DNA from: Vulcanisaeta sp. AZ3
GTDB lineage: Archaea > Thermoproteota > Thermoprotei > Thermoproteales > Thermocladiaceae
Assembly (NCBI GenBank): GCA_000960865.2
Contig: JZWU02000019.1
Location: 1 to 30,843 of the forward strand
Direction of reading: 5' to 3'
Length of the DNA: 30,843 bases
A program made the position numbers and the translations under genes. A model generated the notes under the pieces. The model worked only from the letters and a program-made list of their open reading frames with translations. It was not told the origin of the DNA and made no database searches. Of this stretch, positions 9,244-17,794 are shown in pieces. Numbering within the stretch: position 1 is the stretch's first letter; every line of letters starts with the position of its first letter.

Positions 9244-10302
9244 TCACAAGCCAAATCTATCCTTCACAGCATCTATCACGTACAGCGCCTCCTCATAATA
9301 ACGCCCTGGAGTTGTTGTTGGTTCACTATCCATGTAACTACTGTATTTATTAATTGTTGTTGGTTCTGTCAAGGCAACCACGGCCAAGAACCAAGTCTTT
9401 ACTGTATTCCAAACATTATACCCACCGCCTCCAGTCAACACTAACCTACCGCCTGAAAACCTGTGAGCTATATCATGAACCAAATTCAGAACCTTTAGAT
9501 ATGACGCTGTTGTTAAGTTTAATATGCCTAACTCATCATCGACATGCGCATCAACGCCAAATTGAAGAATTACGAACTCAGGCATGTACCTCTCAAGCAT
9601 GGGCTTTATAATTTCATCAATAACCATAGAATAAACATCATCGCCAGTACGTGGAGGTAACGGTATATTCACCTTAAGCCCCTTACCCGAGTCAATGCCA
9701 TCTTCATCAATCCAACCTGTACCTGGATAAAACCCTCCATCATACCCATGTGTGGATATTAAGAGGACATCCTCATTATTAAAGACATTCTGTGTTCCAT
9801 CAGCATGGTGAACATCAACATCTACTATCGCCACACGCCTGATACCTTGACTTCTAAGCCACCTCACTGCTATGGCTATATCATTGTAGACGCAGAACCC
9901 AGCAGCCTCGCTGGGCTTTGCATGATGAAAGCCACCACCGGGATTAAACGCATGAAGGTATTTCTCACTATGAACAAGCTTAGCGGCCAATAACGTACCA
10001 CCAACCCTAACTGCAGCAGCCTCGTGAATACCCTTAAAGGCAGGTGTATCACCATAATCCAAATAACCAATCCCTGACTCAGAGGCGCCCTTAACATAAT
10101 TTATGTAGTCCTTAGTATGGACTAGCATTAACTCATCATCTGCAGCCAATGGTGGTTCAATGATATCCACATAAGTACCTACTAAACCATGTTCTCTAAG
10201 TAACTCCACAAGCCTTTGTTCCCTATGCGGATTAAATGGATGCCCTATGCCAAAATTATAATTAATATATTTATCTGAATATGTAAGTGCCAATCTCTCC
10301 AT
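9244..10302 (-). CDS. Histone deacetylase family / AcuC-like Zn-dependent deacetylase
   Basis: GGGFHHA, GFCVYND, DVDVHHADG, GVDAH, GGGGY motifs. Confidence 0.95.
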   Translation of the reverse strand: MERLALTYSDKYINYNFGIGHPFNPHREQRLVELLREHGLVGTYVDIIEPPLAADDELMLVHTKDYINYVKGASESGIGYLDYGDTPAFKGIHEAAAVRVGGTLLAAKLVHSEKYLHAFNPGGGFHHAKPSEAAGFCVYNDIAIAVRWLRSQGIRRVAIVDVDVHHADGTQNVFNNEDVLLISTHGYDGGFYPGTGWIDEDGIDSGKGLKVNIPLPPRTGDDVYSMVIDEIIKPMLERYMPEFVILQFGVDAHVDDELGILNLTTASYLKVLNLVHDIAHRFSGGRLVLTGGGGYNVWNTVKTWFLAVVALTEPTTINKYSSYMDSEPTTTPGRYYEEALYVIDAVKDRFGL

Positions 10303-10337
10303 ATAATTTAGATAATAATTAAGGAAGTAATTAAATT

Positions 10338-11237
10338 TTATTGGGGATGGATCTCCAGGATTTCCACGTTAAGGTAGTTTTCAATCAAATTATTGTCTAT
10401 TAATGAGTTCAATAAATATCTAGATTTATCGCTAGGTCTAATTATTAATTTATTATCATCAACGTTCACCGAAAGGTCATGAGCCCTAAGCACGTTCAAT
10501 ATAGTATTAATATCTCCATTAACCCTAACGATAAGCTCAAGGAGTTTAGATTCTTGTCTCTTCACATTATGATCTCTAATTAACTGAATAACCTCATGTA
10601 CTATCTCACGAATCGAAGTCTCATTAGGTATTGAAACGATTAATGTGGGATACCCCTCATAGGAGAAGTGTTGTGCAAAATCGGTTGGATCTGGTATAGA
10701 CGCCTCATAATCATCAATTCTAATAGGTTCAGACGTCATTATCGACCATTTACTGGAGCTCATGAGAACCATTATTAGGTCGGGCTTCATATCGTTAACA
10801 AGACCATGAAGCTTTACTGAGTACTTACTCTTAAGTGTCAGCGCATCGTACCTAACGGGTATACCCTCATCATCTAAATCGTAAAATTGCGCCTTTCCAC
10901 GAATAGCCTCCCATGAATTATAGGGCCAGGGATTAGCCATAGGCACGATATTTATGGTCCATTTAGAGAGTTGTGAGGTACTGAAGGTTGGTATTGAGTA
11001 TACATCATTAACGCACTTATTGAGAAGCATATACAGTAAAGCGTTGCTTATTCTATAATCATTTATGGAGAACCCCGTGATTATCAAGGCTCGTTTAGCC
11101 CCAGCACCTGCTGTGAATACAGGATAAGCCTTATCTGCAGATGGCCCACACTTCATAGCATCCATTAATGTAAATGCATATTCAGGCGTTACCACATCCG
11201 TCAATAATGCCTTGAAGGGCTCACCAATAAATGGCAC
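10338..11237 (-). CDS. Hypothetical protein, M14 carboxypeptidase-like fold suspected
   Basis: WTINIVPMANPW resembles the M14 IVPxxNPDG strand; no HxxE zinc motif visible. Confidence 0.5.
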   Translation of the reverse strand: MPFIGEPFKALLTDVVTPEYAFTLMDAMKCGPSADKAYPVFTAGAGAKRALIITGFSINDYRISNALLYMLLNKCVNDVYSIPTFSTSQLSKWTINIVPMANPWPYNSWEAIRGKAQFYDLDDEGIPVRYDALTLKSKYSVKLHGLVNDMKPDLIMVLMSSSKWSIMTSEPIRIDDYEASIPDPTDFAQHFSYEGYPTLIVSIPNETSIREIVHEVIQLIRDHNVKRQESKLLELIVRVNGDINTILNVLRAHDLSVNVDDNKLIIRPSDKSRYLLNSLIDNNLIENYLNVEILEIHPQ

Positions 11238-11264
11238 ATGGAATTTTAGACCTGAGTATTTTTA

Positions 11265-11753
11265 TTATGTACCTCCCATGATGTGAGGTATTGTTTCCCT
11301 AAGCTTCTTAGCAATACCTAGTGTTTCTTCCATTACAGCACTTGGTTCTGCATTCCTAAATGCTATGACTGATGGTTTAGGCACAATGTGTATGTGGACA
11401 TGTTCCTCAATACCTGCACCAGCCACCCTACCAATGTTTATCCCAATATTAAAATCTCCATAATCAATACCTAACGCCTCCGTCAGGGCTTTAACGGTAA
11501 TGATTAATAGGGTGCTACATTCATGAAGTTCATCACTATTTAAATCTGTAATTGATGGAACATGCCTATTAGGCACAATCATTACGTGACCCACATTATA
11601 GGGATACTTATTCATAACTACAAAGCAATACCTGCCCCTATAGACCACCAACTCATCATCACTATGTAAATAGGCACATAATGCACACTCACCACTCTTA
11701 TTATTCGTAGATCTTATGTATGACCAACGCCATGGAGAAAATACTGTCTCCAC
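11265..11753 (-). CDS. HIT family nucleotide hydrolase/phosphorylase
   Basis: HVHIHIVP histidine triad, CALC, NKYPYNVGH, SPWRWSYI. Confidence 0.93.
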   Translation of the reverse strand: METVFSPWRWSYIRSTNNKSGECALCAYLHSDDELVVYRGRYCFVVMNKYPYNVGHVMIVPNRHVPSITDLNSDELHECSTLLIITVKALTEALGIDYGDFNIGINIGRVAGAGIEEHVHIHIVPKPSVIAFRNAEPSAVMEETLGIAKKLRETIPHIMGGT

Positions 11754-11810
11754 AAGGATCGCCTAAGTTAAAGGGTTAAAGTATTTTTATTCTAATACAC
11801 CTTAAACTCA

Positions 11811-12083
11811 ATGCCCAGGATAATCCATGTTAGGAGGTTCATACCCCTAACCGTGACTGTTAGCCAACTAACCAGAAGCCTGGACTTTGAGGAGGCATTG
11901 AATAGACTTGATGATGCACTTAATAAGGCCTTAAGTGAATTGAGTAACGCCATTGGTCCACAAAATATTAAGCAGATTGGTATTAACGTTAGTAATGTTG
12001 TTCTGGGTAATGTAAGTGGGATCTTAATAGTAGCTTATGCACTTGTTGACGGAGATAATGAGGTTCGTAAAGAGAATAAATAA
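11811..12083 (+). CDS. Small hypothetical protein
   Basis: 90-aa ORF divergent from the HIT gene, no competing ORF, protein-like pattern. Confidence 0.65.
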   Translation: MPRIIHVRRFIPLTVTVSQLTRSLDFEEALNRLDDALNKALSELSNAIGPQNIKQIGINVSNVVLGNVSGILIVAYALVDGDNEVRKENK

Positions 12084-12236
12084 TAGCTAGGGATTATTAA
12101 CAGAATTTAGAGTTAACGCTGTAAAATGATTAGATACAGCAGTTTAGGAAGATTAGCTAATGAAGTTAAGTTAATTCCTTTTAGTTCCTGGAGTAATTTT
12201 CTAATGGCTTATAGAACCTAGCGCGATGACTAATAC

Positions 12237-13418
12237 TTAGCGCACGGTTTTTAACCAATTCTTAGATGGTATGAAGGGCGATGCTATAGTTATAGTGCCC
12301 AGTAAAAACCAATAGAGAGGTAGTAGGATTAATGCCTTACCCATGCCCATGCTTTCTCGCACATAGTCCTTCATTAAATATAGTATTGCAATTTCCGAGA
12401 GTATCATTACAAGTATTAACTGATAAATAATACTCACAGTAAAAACGCCATTAATCAGTGTAACGTAGGCTACGTAAATGAAGCCGACAGCCGATATTAT
12501 TAAGAGGGTCGGTGGTAAGGAGATTAATATATAAAGCATTAAGACCCTAACTGCATAATTCAATTGCACACCTTGCTTAAACAACATTATAATATTCTGA
12601 GCATAACCCCTATTCCACCTAATCCTTTGCCTAATGAAGCTCATTATATTCAACGGTGCAAGCTCGTAAACATAAGAATCAAGAAGACCAACACTATACC
12701 CCCTACTTGCTAGCTTAAATGACAATAATGCATCCTCAGCCATACTTTGAGGCATTGAATCAACAACTTGCCTCCTAATGAAGAGGCCCTCGCCAGACAG
12801 CGGAGTTATTTTAATGGTAGCTCTCAGAAAGGGCACAACGGCATTGTACCAAATAATTGTCTCTAAATACATCAAACCGCCAAGTGCAGAACTCCTAAAC
12901 CTATACACCCTAGTACCCACTGCAGCATAATTTCTCTCCATCATTAAGGCAACTGCACTGAGCACTTGATCGCTTGGAAATACATCATCAGCATCGTAAA
13001 ATCCAATTATTGAACCGCTGGCATGTCTCATCGCAGTATTCATGGCGACAGCCTTAAGTCTGCGTCCTGAATTCTCATTAATCAATATTCTAATGTTCAA
13101 TGAGTTCAGAAACCTCTCCACAGTTCTCAATGCCTCACCTAAAGTATTTGCGTCATCATTGTCGACCACAATTAAGACCTCCATCAGATTCTTTGGGTAT
13201 GTCTGTGAGGATAGACTATCTAGAGTTTTCTCAATGCTTTTTCTTCTCTCCCTATAGATCGGTATTATTATTGAGACCTTTGGTAGCTCATTCGTATTAT
13301 TAACAATTGCTGGTCTTTCATAAGCATTGACTCTCCTGGATATTAAGTATTGGATTGTCCATAATGCGGTACCAATTAGTATTAATGTCTCTAGTAATGC
13401 TATTAAGTTCATAGGCAT
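12237..13418 (-). CDS. GT2 glycosyltransferase, processive (cellulose-synthase-like) type
   Basis: VSIIIP, KAVAMN, DADD, AED and QRIRW (QxxRW) motifs; N- and C-terminal TM helices. Confidence 0.9.
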   Translation of the reverse strand: MPMNLIALLETLILIGTALWTIQYLISRRVNAYERPAIVNNTNELPKVSIIIPIYRERRKSIEKTLDSLSSQTYPKNLMEVLIVVDNDDANTLGEALRTVERFLNSLNIRILINENSGRRLKAVAMNTAMRHASGSIIGFYDADDVFPSDQVLSAVALMMERNYAAVGTRVYRFRSSALGGLMYLETIIWYNAVVPFLRATIKITPLSGEGLFIRRQVVDSMPQSMAEDALLSFKLASRGYSVGLLDSYVYELAPLNIMSFIRQRIRWNRGYAQNIIMLFKQGVQLNYAVRVLMLYILISLPPTLLIISAVGFIYVAYVTLINGVFTVSIIYQLILVMILSEIAILYLMKDYVRESMGMGKALILLPLYWFLLGTITIASPFIPSKNWLKTVR

Positions 13419-13606
13419 ATCATGAGTTATACATCTAATATTTTTAAAGTATTTTTATCGCATGAAACATAACGTGATAAGTATAATCAACATAATTACG
13501 ACAAGCCACATATCTAAACTTATTATTCGTCTAAGAACTAGGATGCTAGTATCTCAATAAATCAACTATATTACTGATCATCTTGTGAAATGAGTGTTTT
13601 AAATAA

Positions 13607-14710
13607 TTGAGAATAGAGTATCTCGTGGATCTAAGCATTAGAGTAATTCAAGATGGTGATGAGTATCAAGTAATCATAGAATGTGATGGATCGACAAGGA
13701 TTGAAAGAGCTCAATCAATAGATTCGCTCATAAATATAGTAAGTAATGACATTAAGGAGCTACTAACCATGAAGGAGAACACAGAAGCACTTAAACCCAG
13801 TGATTGCGTATTAAAAGGTTGGTACATTAGGTTACCTATTACGAAAATCCTCGATATATTGGCATACGTAGTAAAGGAGGATGGGGAAAATCCAACGGAG
13901 AGACTACTGAGCTACTTAGATGTACATGGGTTGAGTAGATCGAATTATAGAGTTATCGTACCAACACTATCAGCTCTAGGCCTTTGGAGGCAGGGTGAAT
14001 TGACCAGGGAGGCTGAGGAGTTAGGTAAAGCTATAATTAATAATAACCAAGACATACCAAACCAACTATTTAACATAGCCATTAAGAACTGCATCCTAAG
14101 GGATGCGCTCGAGGGGCTTGCTAATGGTGCACCAATTAATGAGATTACCAAATCCATGGGTCTAACGAGGAGGGATGAAATTAATTACACGACAAACCTA
14201 CTTGAGATGTTAATGAGTAGTGATGGATTTAAATGCCTACGATTGGCTAAGAGCATTAGTAATTATTTAAAGAGCGGTGGATGCCTAGCCGAGGTTGAGC
14301 CTGTAAATGCCTGTATCATGGATAATGTGGTCACAATCTTCAATTATCTCATAAACAATAAAGGTTTTCACATGGTGGGACTTCTAAGCGATATTGATGT
14401 TAACGTGAACTTAAGTCTCATAACCACGCAGGTGAATGGCGACCATGCTATAATAATGCAGAGCAACAAGCCTGTTGGGGTTCTTGTGGGTGATATTGTG
14501 GTGACTAATAATAATTATGCACCTAAGGCTAGGGAGACCGTGGATAGACTTGAGCCCATGACTGCGAAAATAATGAGAAGTAATAATCTATCCTTTAGCA
14601 TGGTTGTTGTTCCCATAATAATTAGGGATAGTTGTTCTAGGATGAAGGTCTACGTAATGGTTGGCAATAAGGCTGGTGATTGGGTTGCTAGGGTTTTTGA
14701 CCTGCCTTAG
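13607..14710 (+). CDS. Hypothetical multidomain protein
   Basis: 367-aa ORF with TTG start; start uncertain; no confident family. Confidence 0.65.
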   Translation: MRIEYLVDLSIRVIQDGDEYQVIIECDGSTRIERAQSIDSLINIVSNDIKELLTMKENTEALKPSDCVLKGWYIRLPITKILDILAYVVKEDGENPTERLLSYLDVHGLSRSNYRVIVPTLSALGLWRQGELTREAEELGKAIINNNQDIPNQLFNIAIKNCILRDALEGLANGAPINEITKSMGLTRRDEINYTTNLLEMLMSSDGFKCLRLAKSISNYLKSGGCLAEVEPVNACIMDNVVTIFNYLINNKGFHMVGLLSDIDVNVNLSLITTQVNGDHAIIMQSNKPVGVLVGDIVVTNNNYAPKARETVDRLEPMTAKIMRSNNLSFSMVVVPIIIRDSCSRMKVYVMVGNKAGDWVARVFDLP

Positions 14711-15174
14711 GTCTCCTTAGCGTACACACTTATTAGGGACCTGAACCCCATTTTATTATAGAAGTTAATGGCTATTTGGTTTTGGGTTGGGAATTCAGCA
14801 GTTATTAATTGAGCGCCTCTCTCGCGAAGTAATGATATTGCCTTCTCAAGTATCTGCCTACCCAAACCCTTGCGCCTGTACTCAGGCATTATATAGAAGT
14901 CCACAATAGCCCCCTCAATAGATGGTGAGTAAAACAATCTCTCCCTAATGTCAGCCTTAATCACACCGATAATCTTCCCATAATCCTCAGCAACTAGAAC
15001 TAAGTGGCTCTTACTGTCACGAATAGCATTCAGCAAGTATTCCCTGGCCCGTTCTGCACAATCATTTCTAGCGCTGAATAACGGGTCGAACTCGCCATTT
15101 AGTCTCTTTAACCTGACCACGAGATCCATGAGATTATCAACATCACTCTCCCGAGCCTCCCTAATTGTGACCAT
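14707..15174 (-). CDS. GNAT family N-acetyltransferase
   Basis: IREA N-terminus, YIMPEYRRKGLG acetyl-CoA motif, NQIAINFYNKMGF; ATG 15174 avoids overlap with rrp41. Confidence 0.92.
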   Translation of the reverse strand: MVTIREARESDVDNLMDLVVRLKRLNGEFDPLFSARNDCAERAREYLLNAIRDSKSHLVLVAEDYGKIIGVIKADIRERLFYSPSIEGAIVDFYIMPEYRRKGLGRQILEKAISLLRERGAQLITAEFPTQNQIAINFYNKMGFRSLISVYAKET

Positions 15175-15239
15175 ACCAGTAATAGTATTCTCTCTAGCCT
15201 TAAAAATACTTTTATACCAAGAGGTACTATGGAGAATTA

Positions 15240-15965
15240 ATGACCAAGCAATCTCCGGTGCCATTATTAGTTAATGGTAAGAGGAGTGATGGTAGATTAC
15301 CAACCGAGCATAGGCCCGTTAGAATGGAGATCGGAGTTTTAAGTAATGCTGAGGGTAGTGCCTTAGTGGCCTATGGCAATACCGTGATCCTGGCCGCGGT
15401 TTACGGACCTAGAGAGGTCCCCCAGAAGCATCTGGAGCTTCCTGATAAGGCGATACTGAGAGTTAGGTATCACATGGCGCCTTTTAGTACGTCTGAGGGG
15501 AGAAAGAGTCCAACGCCTTCCAGGAGGGAGATAGAGATTTCCAAGGTGATTAGAACAGCATTAGAGCCCGTTGTCCTATTAGAGAGATTCCCAAGGACCG
15601 CAATAGACGTGTACATAGAGGTACTTCAGGCAGACGGCAGTACTAGAGTTACCGGTATAACTGCCGCATCTCTAGCCCTTGCCGATGCTGGAATACCCAT
15701 GAGAGATTTACTTGTTGGTGTTTCGATAGGCAAGGTCTCAGGAACCATAGTGGTTGACTTAAATCAGCTGGAGGATAATTACGGCGAGGGTGATATGCCA
15801 TTTGCAATTATGTATGGTCGTGGATTAATAACGCTTATGCAATCAGATGGTGAGTGGACGCCTAATGAGGTCAGTCAAGCCATTGATTTAGCGTTTAAAG
15901 CGGCTGAGCAAATATATAGGCTTCAAAGGGATACTTTAAAGGGTGGATTTTCAGTAGAGTATTAA
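15240..15965 (+). CDS. rrp41: Exosome catalytic subunit Rrp41 (RNase PH fold)
   Basis: [33 protein letters not shown]. Confidence 0.97.
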   Translation: MTKQSPVPLLVNGKRSDGRLPTEHRPVRMEIGVLSNAEGSALVAYGNTVILAAVYGPREVPQKHLELPDKAILRVRYHMAPFSTSEGRKSPTPSRREIEISKVIRTALEPVVLLERFPRTAIDVYIEVLQADGSTRVTGITAASLALADAGIPMRDLLVGVSIGKVSGTIVVDLNQLEDNYGEGDMPFAIMYGRGLITLMQSDGEWTPNEVSQAIDLAFKAAEQIYRLQRDTLKGGFSVEY

Positions 15966-16107
15966 AATCAAGTTCCTTTTATCACCATATATTTCCATCT
16001 CCAACATTCACATTATTCAATAATTATTTGATTATTTCGAAATTATTAAGGTTTCATAATTCACGGATTTTACCTCAAATAACGAACCATTCGAAAAGTC
16101 CAAACTC

Positions 16108-16134
16108 ATCATTTAAATGATTAAGATTATAAAT
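16108..16134 (+). promoter_or_regulatory. Putative rrp42 promoter: 14-bp palindrome ATCATTTAAATGAT followed by TTATAAAT
   Basis: Palindrome 16108-16121; TATA 16127-16134, about 25 nt before ATG 16159. Confidence 0.45.
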
Positions 16135-16158
16135 GGCTTAATTTCTCATCTCAATTAA

Positions 16159-17010
16159 ATGCTTAGTGTAACTCAGGAGAGGGGTGTGATTCCCAAGCTT
16201 AAGCAGGAGGTCATGAGTAGGTTGGTAGGGCAGGGTGTTAGGATTGATGGTAGGGGATTAAATGATTATAGGAAGCTAAGTATTAGTGTTGGTGTTGTTA
16301 AGACCGCTGATGGCAGTTCATTAGTGGCCCTGGGCAATACCAAGGTGATAGCCGGTGTTAAGGTTGACGTTGGCAAGCCCTTTGAGGATACACCAGATGA
16401 GGGTGGATTAATAGTTAACCTAGAGATAGCTCCAACAGCCTCGCCAGACGTGGAACCTGGACCACCAGATGAGAGTGCGATTGAGATTGCAAGAGTTGTT
16501 GATAGGGCAATTAGGCATAGTGGTTTTCTGGACTTTAAGTCCTTATCAATAGTCACGGGTAAGCATGCTTGGTTCCTGTGGGTGGATATTTATGTGCTTA
16601 ATCATGATGGTAATCTTGTAGATGCATCCACTATAGCGGCCATCACGGCAATGATGAATACCTCATTACCTAAGGTTGAGCTTGACCCTACAGGTAATAT
16701 ACTGAGAATTGATAAGAGTAATAGAACACCACTATCATTTAATGTCGATAAGCTACCATTGACGGTAACCCACATAAAGATTGGTAATGTTTTAATGGTA
16801 GATCCAACCCGTGAGGAGGAGTACTTATCTGATGGCACTTACATGGTTGGTATATCCAGTGGTAATGTTGTGGCTATTCAAAAGGTTAATGGTGCATTTA
16901 CGAAGGACGAAATTAACAACATAATTAATGACTCAGTTAATCAATACACCAAATTGAAAGATGAAATACTCAACATGATGGGAAACCCATCAAATGAGCT
17001 TAAGTTATGA
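16159..17010 (+). CDS. rrp42: Exosome subunit Rrp42
   Basis: RIDGR, ADGSSLVALGNTKV, PFEDTPDEG, PGPPDE, DIYVLNHDGNLVDA, DPTREEE. Confidence 0.97.
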   Translation: MLSVTQERGVIPKLKQEVMSRLVGQGVRIDGRGLNDYRKLSISVGVVKTADGSSLVALGNTKVIAGVKVDVGKPFEDTPDEGGLIVNLEIAPTASPDVEPGPPDESAIEIARVVDRAIRHSGFLDFKSLSIVTGKHAWFLWVDIYVLNHDGNLVDASTIAAITAMMNTSLPKVELDPTGNILRIDKSNRTPLSFNVDKLPLTVTHIKIGNVLMVDPTREEEYLSDGTYMVGISSGNVVAIQKVNGAFTKDEINNIINDSVNQYTKLKDEILNMMGNPSNELKL

Positions 17011-17069
17011 ATCAGTCTAGCCTAATCATCACTGAGTACTTATCAGCGCTGCAGTACCCTCATCACAAG
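17010..17069 (-). ncRNA. Box C/D sRNA (2'-O-methylation guide), double guide
   Basis: Minus strand: C GTGATGA (17066-17060), 13-nt spacer, D' CTGA (17046-17043), C' GTGATGA (17032-17026), 10-nt spacer, D CTGA (17015-17012); all four boxes match consensus and are intergenic. Confidence 0.9.
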
Positions 17070-17114
17070 TATTAGCTCTAAAATTATATTAATAGAGTTT
17101 ATGCCGTATCAATA

Positions 17115-17771
17115 GTGGCTAGTGTAGGGCTTAGATTTGAGGATTACGTAGCAGAACTATTGAGTAGACTTGGGTTCAAGGTCATTGGTAGAAGAGTTAA
17201 GGTCACGATTAATGGTATTGAGGCCGGTGAGGTTGACATGATGGCTGAGGATGATTCAGGAAATAGATATGCCGTTGAGGTTAAATCTGGTAAGGTTGAT
17301 GTTAGTGCAGTAAGGCAGGCTTACGTTAATGCAAAGGTCCTCAATGCAAAACCACTAATTGTCTCAAGGGGCTATAGTAACGATTCTAGTAAGGCGTTAG
17401 CTAATGAGTTAAATGTTCAAGTTATAAACCTCGAGGATGCAGTAGTCCTAACAGTTGATGAATTAAGGGCTGTCGTTGAGAGCGTGATTTATGAGGCCAT
17501 TGGTGATTTAATAAATACGATATTCTCATTAGCTTCAAAGTCATGTAACGAGAATATAAGGACTATGATGAGTGCTGTGCTTGAGTGCAATGATTGGAAT
17601 TGTGTCTGTAACAAACTGGGCGTTAATGAGAGTGACTGCGGTTCCCTAATTAGCGATATAAGAAAGGAGTTAGGTCTCGGTAATATCTCACTGTCAAAGT
17701 TAAGAACTGCAATTCGCCTTTATAACCTCGTGGCCTTACTCATTAATTCACGTTCAAGAGCTAATACTTAA
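17115..17771 (+). CDS. PD-(D/E)XK endonuclease (RecB/Mrr-like) with Cys-rich C-terminal domain
   Basis: GLRFEDYV, GEVDMMA..YAVEVKSG, AVRQAY motifs. Confidence 0.82.
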   Translation: MASVGLRFEDYVAELLSRLGFKVIGRRVKVTINGIEAGEVDMMAEDDSGNRYAVEVKSGKVDVSAVRQAYVNAKVLNAKPLIVSRGYSNDSSKALANELNVQVINLEDAVVLTVDELRAVVESVIYEAIGDLINTIFSLASKSCNENIRTMMSAVLECNDWNCVCNKLGVNESDCGSLISDIRKELGLGNISLSKLRTAIRLYNLVALLINSRSRANT

Positions 17772-17794
17772 ATTAGCTTGACCGCGCATTATTA

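Noticed and set aside
12126-12221. ~31-codon ORF MIRYSSLGRL... (and a similar ~32-codon ORF near 13462-13560)
   Set aside because: Too short, no motif or other support
9244-15174. Deacetylase and GNAT as a coupled acetylation switch
   Set aside because: About 4.4 kb apart with unrelated genes between; no evidence of linkage
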